A DNA stretch of 64,000 nt from the human T2T-CHM13v2.0 reference genome, Homo sapiens. Under the pieces are notes generated by a model that saw only the letters and a list, made by a program, of their open reading frames with translations, had not been told where the DNA came from and searched no databases. Made by a program: the position numbers and the translations under genes. Positions 1 to 15,034 of this stretch are shown in pieces. The number at the start of each line of letters is the position of its first letter. Positions within the stretch are counted from its first letter, which is position 1. Where the stretch lies: NCBI RefSeq assembly GCF_009914755.1, contig NC_060947.1. One strand, given 5' to 3'.

Positions 1-1249
1 TGGGCAAACTGGGTTGAGTTATTTCACCTATCTCCGTCTCACTTTCCTAATCTGTAAAACAGAAAGATTAAAACTTGCCTCTGTGAGAATTCAATGAAAT
101 GAACAAGCAAAGTAGATTAATTTTCTGAGGAATAATCTGAATCTAATTTCCACAAAGGAGTCATCATAGATAAACAAATGTAATGTTTCCTTTTCCAGTC
201 TACCCCCTACCCTAAAGAGAGTAACTAGATCTGATCTTCTGAAGGTTTAGGATCACCTTACCCAGACGAGAGCAATAGGCTTTAGTTTTCAAAATACTAG
301 CCCTCTGGGTTGATCTCCACAGTGGCCCAAATGGAGGATGGTTGTTGAATCTGTGGAGGCTAAACAGTAAAAGCCGAGGTCATCAGCTTCAGCAAGAGCC
401 TTAAGTAGCAGAGCCTTCTGGGAGGGACCCTGCAAGAGTAGGACTGGACGCTATGATTGAGAGCCTCTCAGAATGTAACCTGCGGGAATGGAGGACAAAG
501 AATCACTTTTAAAAGAGCCCTTCAAGGGCAGCAGGAAGAATTACGGGAGATTACATATTTGTATGAGCATGGAGTACAACCTAATGTACTATTGCAGAAA
601 AATGAACAGCAAGACTGAGTTGCATGATCTCTCTAATTGAGCCACACGATACGAAAAGGTCAAAAGAAATTTAAAGATATAACGATTAAACCGAGAACTT
701 CGTGTTCTTCAAAGAATTACTAGATGAGTCTATGAGTGTGCAGGCAGATGGTTTCTTTTTTTCTGTTTGATGGTTTCTGATCACAGATCTCATAACATGT
801 CCTGAGAGCTGGTTCTTGTTATATTATTTCCAATCCAATCTACAGGATATGAAATATTATGAACAGAACACAATAGGCATTGGGAAAAAAATAAGGCAAA
901 TCGTGAGGCTGCTGTCAGTGTTTCATTACTTCGGTCATCTTCCCAGGCCTTAACAATTTGTGGACGTATTTTTACCTTGACAATAGTAACAGATTTTCTA
1001 GCCCCGACCTACTTTTGCAGGATATTTAGGAAACCCCAAGTGAGTGTCTGATGTACTGAAAAGCAAGTTTATTCCCAGGCTATCACCCGCTCTACCAGGA
1101 ACACCATATTCTGGGCTGAGAAGAGAAAGACTATTTCTGTCTACCAAGTTGGGTTCTTAAGCAAGATTACTTTCAGTCCACATGTTAATTAAGTTTAGTG
1201 AAATAGCTTTCTAAGTTTTGATGCCTGCATATGAGGACATAGATGGCCA

Positions 1250-1405
1250 ATATCTTGATTTCAGCCTTTTAAGACCCTGAGCAAAGGACCCCAGCTAAAC
1301 TATCCCGAATTCCTGCCCCACAGAAACATGATATAATAAATTTGTGCTCTCTTAAGTTTGCTAAGTTTGTGGTCATTTGTTAAACAGCAATATATAACTA
1401 ATACA
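1250..1405 (+). mobile_element. MaLR LTR (MLT1-type) 3' portion
   Basis: Ends in ataaatttgtg...ctaagtttgtggtcatttgttaaacagcaata...actaatac, typical of MLT1 LTR ends. Confidence 0.6.
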
Positions 1406-1454
1406 CATAATATAACATAACTTCCCTGGAAACGAAACACCATGGTCAGTTAGA

Positions 1455-2420
1455 TACCATCAGGAAAGTGAAAAGCATCTACAAACTGGGAGCAAATATT
1501 TGTAAATTATACATCTAATGAAGAATTTGTATCTAGAATATTTAAAGAACTCTTACGACTTAATAATAAAAAGACAAATAACCCAATAAAAACGTGCAAA
1601 GGATCTGAAAAGATATTTCTCCGAAGAAGATATACAAAAGCCAATAAGCGCATGGAAAAATGTTCAACATCATTAACTCTCAGGGAGTTGCAAAGCCACT
1701 TTACATTTCACACTTTACACCTACTAAGATAGCTTTCGCTTTACACCTACTAAGATAGCTGTAATGAAAAAGGTGACAGTAACAAGCGTTTGTGAGGATG
1801 TGGAGAAATCTGAATCCTCACACATTACTGGTGGGAATGTAAAATGGTGCAGCCACTTTAGAAAACAGTCTGGCAGATCCTCAAACAATTAAACATAGAG
1901 GAACCACATGACCCAGCATATACACTCCTGCCTATCTTCCCAAGGGGATTTGAAACATATATCCACAGAAAAACTTGTACATGAATGTTCATAGCAACAT
2001 TATTAGTAATAATAGCAAAGAGTGAAGACTGAGGCATCAACTGATGCATTGATAGATAGTTGTACATACACATATTTTTCAGCAATAAAAAGAAATGAAG
2101 GACATGCTACAACATGCTAAGTGGAAGAAGCCTGTCACAAAAGACCACAACCACATATTGTATTATCTGTTTCTATGAAAAGTTCAGAATAGGCAATAGA
2201 CAGAAAGTAGATTAGTGTTTGCCTGGGGTGGGAGCTGGGAATGAAGAGTTACTGCTGTATTGATAGTATAGGGATTCTTTGGCGGGAGTAGGGGATGAAA
2301 ATATTCTAAAATTAAGTTGTAGTGATGATTGCACAACTCTGTAAATAGGCAGAAAACTGTTGAATCATACACTTAAAATGAGTGAATTTTATGGCATGTA
2401 AATTATATTTCACTTAATTT
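1455..2420 (+). mobile_element. Old L1 (L1M) ORF2 end and 3' UTR
   Basis: L1 3' motifs: aacccaataaaaa, ggtgggaatgtaaaatggtgcagccactttagaaaacag, gaatgttcatagcaacattatt. Confidence 0.8.
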
Positions 2421-5039
2421 GTGTTACAAAAAAAAAAACAAACCACCTGCTTTCTTTTTGTTTTGCTTGGGCCATGCTAAGAAAGCAACTGTACTGTGGC
2501 AATAAGATGAAAAAAAAAAAAGAAAAAAAGAAAGCCAAAAGCCAATCTGCTAATTGTCATAACTCAGTGACCAGATCCAATATATTTCACAATGATGTTT
2601 GAGAAGTGGCATCGTTGAGGGAGAAGCAGCACTAGCCAAGTAGTGAGTTTTCTTATCATTGCTCAATCCCTACCTAGCTTGGTGACTTCTGTGAGCCTTA
2701 ATATTGCCTGGAAAAAGGAGTGATTGAACTGGATAAATTCCCAGTCACTAACAATTCTAAACATTCTATTTAGCCTGATGATTTGTGCAAAGATAATTAC
2801 TAAAATCATGCTCAAAGTCTCCAATTAGATGACAATATCACTGGAAAGTGTTATCTTGACTGCTTTAAACCAAAGGTTTTACCTAAGTTCGAAGGTGGAA
2901 CTGAAAATGACCACATCTCCTGTACTATTCATTCTCTACTTTAATGCTGACTTAAGGTGAGGATTTTGTACAAACTTCATAGTAATAAATAGCTACCATT
3001 TATGTCTGAAACATAGTTATTTGCCCTAGGTTTCCTAACACGAATTGAGCTCTCATTTTTAACCAAATTATTTTCAAACTCTTGCGAATGCTTGGGAATG
3101 AGGAAAAGAAATAAAACAAACTAGTTTAAATGCAATGAAAAAAATTATTTTGGTTCCATTAAAAACATCTAAATGGCTTTCTACTTTCCTTGGTCACTCA
3201 ATACTCACAGGACCTTATTCTATTAGTTACTAAGGTAACCCAAAGCTGGCAGCATGTTGACATACCTTTCGAGGCCAAGAGGTTTTGCAGTATTTCATAG
3301 ATAATGTCACATTAACCTCAGACTTGTCCTTTCCACAATAGAATAGTAATTGCTTGGATGAATCTAATTTTATTCTTTGGGTTTTTGTTAAAAAAAGAAT
3401 TTTTTGCTGCACTTTCCTTCAGGTCAGCTACCATTTATTCTGTTTTTAAAATAACATAGTAGTAGAAGTCAGATGTCTTTGTTGATTTCTACATTAAGCC
3501 ATTCTTTTGGTTTTTGTGCCATTTACTCACAGCCTGGGCCAGAATCCGTGTTGTCCTCTAAATGGCCCTCAGAAGAGAGGAAATCCTTTGCTCTGTTCTT
3601 ACAGCCCCATAAAGATATACCTGAAGAAAATCAAGTCAAACAAAATGTAATAGGGATGAGTCAAACACAATGCTGAGGGTTCATTAGTCTCTTTTCAACA
3701 TAGTAACTTCTATATGTAACCAAAAGTAATGATAAATTTAAATAAATGTAAATTTGAATAAATATATTAAACATTAACAAAATCAAATATACTGAAAAGT
3801 CTTTTTTTATACACTTAAGAAAAATTTGAGATAACTAACATATGATAAGTCTGATCCAAAAAAAATGCCTAAGTCTAAAATCATGGTAGTCTTCAACTAT
3901 TTGCAAACCCTTTCCCACAATCAAGCACCAACATTTGTAGGTAGTAAATTCTTCACTCTACTAAAGCTCTTATATATTTAACAGTTCTAGTGAGCTCTTA
4001 AATGAATCTATTTACTCTCAGTTTAGTGCGTCTTCAGGCATCCTTAAACGTGACCTTACTCATGTACGTTCTATAAAATGTAATTATTATTTCTAGACAT
4101 TGTCAATTATGTCAAGGTCATATTGCATTAATCAAAAAAAGTTAATAAAATTGCTCAAAATATTTTCTCTAAAGTGACAGCACTCTATTCAACGTAGCAA
4201 ATATTGACTACATCCCTGCAATAGTTAAAATGCAAAACTAAGCACTGCAATTAATTCAGTAATTTTATTTACTTGTATAACTTCCCATTTAAAGTTTGCT
4301 TTATTAAGGATAATTTTTATTACTTCCCTGTGGCAATCTAACCCTTGTCTGAAGAGTAAGAAAATTATCCACCATGAGCATATTTTGTACTCAATTATTA
4401 ACATCCAATTATCTTCTAGCTAATTTGAAAGTATTTGGGGATTGCTTTATGTCATAATACTTCTTGGGAAATATTTTATGTATTAAAATTTATTGTGAAG
4501 AAGATACAGTTCGAAAACTAAAGAAAAAGCTTTAAGATAACGAATTGGGTGCATTTTGCATAGTCGCCCATTCTGGTTTTTCTAACTAAAAATAACTTCC
4601 TTGGTCTTTCCCCCATTTTAATTGTTTTCTCTGCTTATTTATAGTTTTTTTTTTTGTCTTACTATGTTAATAAAATTCTGAAAAGGTACAATCAAGTGTG
4701 ACATGGAGCTTTATTTCATCAACTAACGTTTTGCTTTTTAAACTAGGTTCAAAATTCAATTAAAATCACTTAGACTGCTCACAAATAAGTTGCCTTAAAC
4801 AGAAAAAAAAAAATGACCATAATCCAGAAAGATACAAAAAACATTCAGGAAGAAGTTTCTCGAAAGAATTCTAAAATTAAATGAGAAAAGATAAAATCTT
4901 ATAATAAAATTGCGATTACGTTTTCAGACACTAAAAAGGACTGCTTTTTTCTTGTTGAGTTTTGTGGAAGAGATAACATACTCAAACTTTTGTTTGTCTC
5001 TGAGCTATATGTGAGTAACATTTCTGACTATTTTAAAAT

Positions 5040-5521
5040 ACTTGATTGGAAGATTAAAATTGTATATATTCAAGGTATACAACATGATCATGTGATATAT
5101 GTATACATTGTGTACTGATTACCATAGCCACAGTACACAATGGCTTAATTGACACATCCATTGCCACCCATAGTTACCATTTGTGTGTGTGAGTGTGTGT
5201 GTGTATGTGGTGAGCATACTAAATCTACTGTTTTATCAAATTTCAAGTAAACAGTGTGGTAATTACTCACCATAGCCAAGATGTGGAAGCAACCGAAGTG
5301 TCCGTGGATGAATAAAAGGATAAAGAAAAGATAGTATATATGCACAATAGAATATTATTTGGCCATGAAAAAGAATAAAATACTGCTATTTATGACAACA
5401 GAGATGAACCTGGAAGACATTATGCTAAGTTAAATAAGCCAGGTACAGAAAGACAGACACTGCATGAACTTAATTGTGTGTGGAATTTTTAAAAGTCAAT
5501 CTCATAGAAGCAAAGGGTAGA
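5040..5521. mobile_element. L1MA 3' end with internal inversion (about 5040-5272 minus, 5272-5521 plus)
   Basis: Left part is the reverse complement of an L1MA 3' terminus; right part is plus-strand L1 3' sequence (gatgaacctggaagacattatgctaagttaaataagccagg). Confidence 0.7.
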
Positions 5522-5530
5522 ACTGACTCT

Positions 5531-5844
5531 TTTTTTTTTTTTTTTTTTTTCCCTAAGACAAGACCTTGCTCCGTCACTCAGGTTGGAGTGTATTATAGCG
5601 ATCATGGCTTACTGCAACCTCAAACTCCTGGGCTCAAGCAATCCTCCTGCCTCAGCCTCCAGAGTAGCTACAAGCACAGGCATTTGCCACGGTGCCCAGC
5701 CAAGTTGTTCATCTTCTGTACAGATGGGGTCTTGCTTTGTTGCCTAGGCTGGTCTTGAACAATCCTCTCATCTGGCCTTAAGCAATCCTCTCATTTCAGC
5801 CTCCCAATGTGCTAGGATTAGAGGCATGAGCCACAGCGCCCAGC
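5531..5844 (-). mobile_element. AluJ-like element
   Basis: Poly-T followed by a diverged Alu body; TSD actgactct at 5522-5530 and 5845-5853. Confidence 0.9.
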
Positions 5845-5931
5845 ACTGACTCTGTTAAATTAAGAAAATTTTCCTAAATTATTTGTCATTGCTTTATTCG
5901 AGATGAATAAACACTGCACAAATATATTAGA

Positions 5932-6161
<230 letters not shown>

Positions 6162-6777
6162 TAGTATATAACCAGTTATAATATTAGATAAACAGACGAT
6201 AACTGAATCACAAACTTATTTTATCATTTACTAAATTCCTAGCACTGTCCTAAAAGTTAGTGAGCACAAGACAGTTAGACATTTAAAAGAAATGTGACCT
6301 TATTTTGTAACTTAGCTAGTGGAGGAGGATAATTGGTGATATAATCATGTCTTATCTTTCCTTCTAAACTGTAAACAACTTAGGATCAGAAAGTGGTTGT
6401 TATTCACGTTTTTATCCTTCATGTTTCCTATCACTGAATTCAGAATTCAGAATGTGAGCACATACAGGAACCAACCAAAAACAATTTTTTTTAATTCTTG
6501 ACTATTTAGTCTAACTCCTGGTTTGAAAGGCATTGATGATTATGATTTATCGAACTATCCAACTTGCCCCTACAGGCCCACCTGATCACCTAAGTTGCTA
6601 TACATATAACAAACAAAAAAACAGACTAGCCCTCCCTCAGTGTTTTATCTCTATTTAAAAAACATGTTTTACTCATACAGTAACCTCTCATGATTTTCTA
6701 GACCTCTGTAGCTTTTGTATGCTTTAATGAAGATACATACATACACATTATTTCCTTTAAAGCCATTCATGAAACTA

Positions 6778-8180
<1,403 letters not shown>

Positions 8181-9228
8181 AAAAGTAAACAAAGCACTTT
8201 CCAGTTTGTTTCCATCCTCAGAGTCTAGCCAATTTTAATATTAGTTACAGTAATCAAGATTCTTGTTCAAATCATGAAAAATCACACTCTTTTTAGTTGG
8301 CCAGTTTTATAATACAGTTAATTATTTCAGTTTTTGACTGCTAAAGACTTTTATTTGGGATGACATATCCTTTAGCATTCCAAACCTTTGAGAAAGATAC
8401 TCAGATGGGGAGAAAAAAATGTTTATTTATCTAGTTCTGATTAATTATAAAAATTATATGAAAAAAACAACTATGATTACTTAAGGTTCTGGGAACAAAA
8501 CAAAACTGTTCAACCCACTTGCTCAATCAGAGTTCCAGAAAAATTACTGCCCTTGACCTAGAGCCCAGCTCCATCCTTGAATTTCTGTTCCCTAAAGGAA
8601 TCTAATTGACTGACCCTTTATCTCGCAGCCTGTGAGCTGATTTGAAGTAATTTGTATTTACACCCTGGAAAAATCCTTCACTATAATTTTCCTCTATTGG
8701 TATCCATCTCTGAAAATTTCCCCCACATTTTCTAACTTTTACTAGAAATGCCTACAAGTCATCATTTTAATAATATTGCCAATATACAGTTTGTATGAAT
8801 AAAAGAAATCAGTTTACTTCTACTGTTGCCACTGTTCAAAAGACAACAGATTAATTATAAAATATCAGGAATAGTTACCATAATTACATGTCTACTCTGT
8901 GCTAGGTACATTATTAGGCATTTCATACATGTTACTTAGTGACATAAAAATTTGATTTTTTCAAAATAAGTATGTAGATATTTTTTCCACAATAGGTTAT
9001 CTGGCCAAGCTTGCGAGAATCCCTAAGCACTTGAGATATTTAAGCATTAAATTCCTCTGTAACTTATTTTGTTTGCTTCTCCAAAGATGGACTAGAGCAC
9101 ACATATTCCACAAGTATAGAAGAAAGGGAAAGAAGGCTTCTCATGGGCTCTCACCAGTGGCTTTAGGCCTCAATTTTTCTCTTTACCCTAGCTTTGAGAT
9201 GGTGCCTTATAGAAAATTATACACTTCA

Positions 9229-9634
<406 letters not shown>

Positions 9635-10942
9635 TCAATGGATGTGTTCCTTACACAGTCCACAGAGTGACAGAGGGCATGCTAACACACCGCCTGTGTA
9701 CCTACATGCAACCAAAGGGCATGTGACCCTCAGTGGCATAGCCTCCTACCTGGAAAGAATGTTAGTGCTGTCAGAACAGCCTGGGCTGGCACTTTAGCAT
9801 CCAGTGCACTGCCACAAACTTATAGGATGTTGGCCATGGTAGCATCATGTATAAAACAAAATGATTGCACAAGGCTTCTCTTCAAACTAAACAATCCATG
9901 AACTCAGAGAAATTGTTTTACTAAATTAATCATCACTACTACCACCATAACCTCTGAGCTGATCCCAATCAAGAAAGGATCAACACTACAGACTAAAGCA
10001 GGCGGGTTTAGGAAAGCAAAAGGTGGCCTTGCATTCCACAACTGTATTTTTGATCCAAGTAATGGCCTCTGTGAACTGAACCTTAACCCCTCTCCAAAAG
10101 TTGGTCAGCAACCGTTCCCAGGCTCTAGAACTTGAAAAGTTTGAAAAGCGCTTTTATATATTGATTGCCAAAGATCAGCCATGCTTTTCTCATTAAGACA
10201 CAGCAACCTTCAACCCTCAGCACCTCTTACAAGGTCTCCCTTCATCCTCAAATTAGAAAAAAAAATGTGATACTTGCAGTTGTTTGTGGTCTAAACGCTG
10301 ATAAAATTTTGTCATTGTCGTTACAGTATTTTCCTCTGTTGTTTTAGCATGTGAGTACTTTTGTCAAAATCCTATAGTCCTGCCTAACAAAGGTCAATGA
10401 AAAGGATAGTTTTATATGTTTACTGTCTCCAGTTGATAAAATAAAATGAAAACATCAAGATGCTGTCCATTATTTAATATCTATCTCGTTATCCCTGGAA
10501 TAAGTTTCTTTTGTAAAAGACGAATGGAACCTGAACAGTAAATATAGCAAATGGAGCAATACCAGGTCACAGACTGCATGGATCGACCCTTTTAACCTCC
10601 TGAACACATGGATACACATATATCAGGTGATGTCCGTAAAGTTTGTAAGGAAAATCTTTGGCTTAATCCTCAAATACCATGATTTATGAAACATTTCGCT
10701 TTCACAATGGTAGCAGGTAAAAGTCACTTAACAATAATGTTTATTTTTTCTAATAATAAAATGACATATATTTATTGTAATAAATCTTGAAAATACAGAA
10801 AAATACAAAGAATGTAAATCTAGCTTATTATCCCATTAAGTAGAGAAAACCACTGTTAACATTTTAGTGTATTCCTGTCTTTGTTCTACGTTTCCTTTAA
10901 CATCTATTGACTCCCTCCCTCAACAATTTAACAACGATTTAT

Positions 10943-11105
10943 CAGAGGTCTCAACCTTAGCTACCCATTAGAATCATTGGGGGAAATGTAAAAATATTGA
11001 TACCTCAGATTCTGATTCAACTGGCTGGGATAAGACCTGGACACCAAGATTTTCAAAGTTCCCCTCCAGGTGATTCTAATGTACAGCTAAGAGTGAAAGC
11101 CACTG
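10943..11105. mobile_element. MER5-type hAT MITE
   Basis: cagaggtctcaaccttagc...ttagaatc...ccaggtgattctaatgtacagc...ccactg. Confidence 0.7.
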
Positions 11106-11879
11106 ACTGATTAGGCTCCTATGATATACTAGACACTTCGTGGCATGGAACTGCAATGACAAAAAAAATGTAGAGTCTTTCAAAGACTTAAGCCCATTCA
11201 CCTTTTGTGGACAGACAGGTGAATGAATGAACAATTTCATTAACCTAAAACAAATACTGCAGTGGAAGCATCTACAAAGAACTGTAGATGCATTAGAAAA
11301 GATATCCTTAAATCTGTATAGAGGAGTCAGTGCACCCACCTCAGAGGGTTAGGCAGCCAGACAAATAAGGTGAGCATTCCAGGTATAGAGGCACAGAAGA
11401 AGACAGAATGCTTAGAAAACTCCAAGTGGTTCCACTAAGTGACAAGGAAAGTGTCTGGAGATAATGCTGGACATGTAGGCAGCAGGTGGGTCTTGAAGAA
11501 CCTTGTAGGTATTGGGAATGATGGGCAGCCTTTGAAATGTTTTCAGCAGATGAGTGACATGATGACCTCTATCTCTAATTCACATCACTCTGGCATCAGT
11601 GTGCTGGGATTTAAAGGCGCTGATGGGACTAGATGCAATAAGACTAGAAAAGAAACTAGAAGTCTATAACAAAACTCCAAGAAAGCAAATATGCCTGTTT
11701 CTGATTCATAGAGTCTTTAGGAAGTTCATTGTTAACTTTACTTATCATAATAACTTGCATTTGAATACTAAGAAATCATGTTCAAGTTTTGTTCTGCCTT
11801 ATAGAAAACAAGATTGTTATTAAAAGCCTTTTAAGAGATTTTTGAGCCTAATTAAGACATTTCAATATAAGGTTCTGAG

Positions 11880-12256
11880 AGAAACTTAGGCATGATGAGA
11901 CACCCAGAGTTTAGCAACTGTGGAGAGCTATTATCATCGCTAGAGCTGAAGGGGCAAGAGAAAGAAACAAAGCCCAGTGATTATTGTAATCATGGAAGAG
12001 ACATTGCCAACAGATGTGGAGGGTTGCTGCTACTGCCAGAGCTCTAGCCTGAAGCAGAGAAGAAATACCCAGACTATTCTCTCTTTCTTCTCCCAACCTC
12101 TGATTTCCTGTTAATGACTCCCATTGACCAAACACAACCTGAAGACAATCGAGTAAGGGAGCCAGGGAAATTAATTCACAGTGGTCAAACTCCTGGGGAC
12201 ACAGAATAGAAAAGAGGCAGAAAATGGATCCGAGAGACAACAGAGAATAACCAGCC
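11880..12256. mobile_element. Old MaLR (MLT1) LTR fragment
   Basis: ctcccattgaccaaacacaacctgaag...gggagccaggga...aatggatc...gagaataaccagc resembles old MLT1 LTRs. Confidence 0.45.
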
Positions 12257-12615
12257 TGTAGATGGTAGCTACCACAGACAAAATGTCTTAGGCAAAATAC
12301 CTATCCCCATTTTTCCAAAGGAGACCTCAACAAAATAGTAGACTGCATAATACCTCGACACATACACTGGCAATAAAATGGGAACCTTCTTTCCATGAAC
12401 CAGAGTAGCAGGAAATTCCTGACAGCCAATAAGAAATCTTGATGGGTAAACAAAGTTAACCAGTTGACAAATTGAGGACATTTAAATTAAAAGCCAAAAT
12501 TGGAAAGTATGTACAACTCAGGTGTCAACATTTTCCATACCTACTTAAACATTTTGTAAATGTCAAATTATTTGTCTTACATACTGCAAAGTTAAGAATT
12601 CATAAGAAGTACAGC

Positions 12616-12752
12616 CCACCTATTGGGTACTATGCTTACTGCCTGGGTGATGGAATCACTGGGACCCCAAGCTTCAGCATCACACAATTTACACATGTAA
12701 AAGACTTGCATATGTGCCCTTTAATCTGTAACAAAAGTTGATTTTAAAAAAA
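12616..12752 (+). mobile_element. Short L1P 3'-end insertion
   Basis: cctattgggtactatgcttactgcctgggtgatgg...aaaagttg; flanked by aagaa(g/a)tacagc TSD. Confidence 0.8.
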
Positions 12753-13411
12753 GAAATACAGCTAAGTGAAATATATGATATGTCAGATGCTAGTTATATA
12801 GAGTTAGCTAAGAGATACTTCTAGAGTGCTTGTAGTAACATTCTAGAAGGGGAGCACAAGTACTGTGGCAGTGACTGAAGAAGGTCATTCTTCCAACTGG
12901 GAATACTGGCCTTTTTAATACAGTTTATGGCTTTGGGAGAGTTTAGTGGTTCACAAACAAAGAGAACATCTATACAGACAACTAATCAGAAAATGAGCCC
13001 TGCAAATTAAATCAGATGCTATTAGCCACAGATATCCACTAGTTAAAACATCTGGTTAAAAATTACCAACTAGCAGATGTTAAATTATCAGTCTAAAGGT
13101 GTTATTAGCCTGCAAGTCAGGGAGTGATATTGAAAAAATGTTCTTGATAAGCCATTCCTGATATTCTGCAGCACTGGTTTGCACTTATCTTAAGACATTG
13201 TCTAAAAATATCATTTATTGCAGCTACCTGTGGACACGTCCTTACCCCCACCAGATTGTAAAGGCTTAAAAGATCTTGTCCTGTTCTTGTTTGTAGCTTT
13301 TAAATAAACTAGAACACATTCTTTTCTTTGTAAAACATTAGTAAATCTACATTAAATACTGAGAGGAACTTCTACATCAAATCTGCATATGACTTAAAAA
13401 TTATATTTCTC

Positions 13412-14934
13412 AGGCAGTTCCAAGATGGCCAAATAGGAACAGCTCCAGTCTATAGCTCCCAGCATGAGTGACACAGAAGACAGGTGATTTCTGCATTTCC
13501 AACTGAGGTACCGGGTTCATCTCACTGGGGCTTGTCGGACAGTGGGTGCAGGACAGTGGGTGCAGCGCACCGAGCATGAGCCGAAGCAGAGCGAGGCATC
13601 GCCTCACCTGGGAAGCACAAGGGGTCAGGGAATTCCCTTTCATAGCCAAGCAAAGCTGTGACAGACGGCACCTGGAAAATCAGGTCACTCCCACCCTAAT
13701 ACTGCGCTTTTCCAATGGTCTTAGCAAACGGCACAACAGGAGATTATATCCCGTGCCTGGCTTGGAGGGTCCCATGCCCACAGAGCCTCACTCATTGCTA
13801 GCACAGCAGTCTGAGATCAAACTGCAAGGCAGCAGCAAGGCTGGGGGAGAGGCGCCTGCCATGGCTGAGGCTTGAGTAGGTAAACAAAGCATCTGGGAAG
13901 CTCGAACTGGACGGAGCCTGCCGCAGCTCAAGGAGGCCTGCCTGCCTCTGTAGATTCCACCTCTGGGGGCAGGGCATAGCCGAACAAAAGGCAGCATAAA
14001 CTTCTGCACACCTAAATGTCCCTGTCTGACAGCTTTGAAGAGAGTAGTTTTTCTCCCAGCATGGAGTTTGAAATCTGAGAACGGACAGACTATCTCCTCA
14101 AGTGGGTCCCTGACCCCCGAGTAGCCTATCTGGGAGGCACCCCTGAGTAGGGGCAGACTGACACCTCACACAGCCGGGTACCCCTCTGAGATGAAACCTC
14201 CAGAGGAATGATGAGACAGCAACATTTGCTGTTCAGTAATATTTGCTGTTCTGCAGCCTCCGCTGCTAATACCCAGGCAAACAGGGTCTGGAGTGGACCT
14301 CCAGCAAACTCCAACAGACCTGCAGCTAAGGGTCCTGACTGTTAAAAGGATCACTAACATACAGAAAGGACATCCACACCAGAACCCAATCTGTACGTCA
14401 CCATCATCAAAGACCAAAGGTAGATAAAATCACAAAGATGGGGAAAAAACAGAACAGAAAAACTGAAAATTCTAAAAATCAGAGCGCCTCTCCTACTCCA
14501 AAGGAACGCAGCTCCTCACCAGCAATGGAACAAAGCTGGACAGAGAATGACTTTGACAAGCTGAGAGAAGAAGGCTTGAGACAATCAAACTTCTCCGAGC
14601 TAAAGGAGGAAGTTCAAACCCATTGCAAAGAAGTTAAAAACCTTGAAAAAAGATTAGGCGAATGGCTAACTAGAATAACCAATGCAGAGAAGTCCTTAAA
14701 GGACCTGAAGGAGCTGAAAACCACAGCACGAGAACTACGTGACAAATGCACAAGCCTCAGTAGCCGATTCGATCAACTGGAAGAAAGGGTATCAGTGATG
14801 GAAGATCAAATGAATGAAATGAAGCGAGAAGAGAAGTTTAGAGAAAAAAGAATAAAAAGAAATGAACAAGGCCTCCAAGAAATATGGGACTATGTGAAAA
14901 GACCAAATCTACGTCTGAATGGTGTACCTGAAAG
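13412..14934 (+). mobile_element. L1PA (about L1PA3-5) 5' UTR plus ORF1 N-terminus, 3'-truncated
   Basis: Starts ggcagttccaagatggcc (YY1 site) after a TT/AAAA endonuclease motif; ORF1 MGKKQNRKTENSKNQSAS... breaks at GVPES. Confidence 0.95.
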
Positions 14935-15034
14935 CTCTTATTTTGGATTTAGGCTAAATGTTCCCATCAATCATGAGTATGCTCAAGACTGTAAAATTTC
15001 TCATATGGTTGCAACAAAGACAATGTATGTTTGA
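14438..15034 (+). pseudogene. Truncated L1 ORF1p (N-terminus and coiled coil) running in frame into about 33 codons of flanking DNA
   Basis: 198-aa ORF; first about 165 aa match L1 ORF1p (IWDYVKRPNLRL). Confidence 0.85.

Noticed and set aside
262-429. Possible minus-strand exon (ctcttgcag acceptor, TGG|GTAAGG donor)
   Set aside because: All three frames contain stops and splice-like motifs arise often by chance; no transcript evidence available
457-618. Short plus-strand frame (...ITFKRALQGQQEELREITYLYEHGVQPNVLLQK...)
   Set aside because: No ATG or splice context and no protein family recognised
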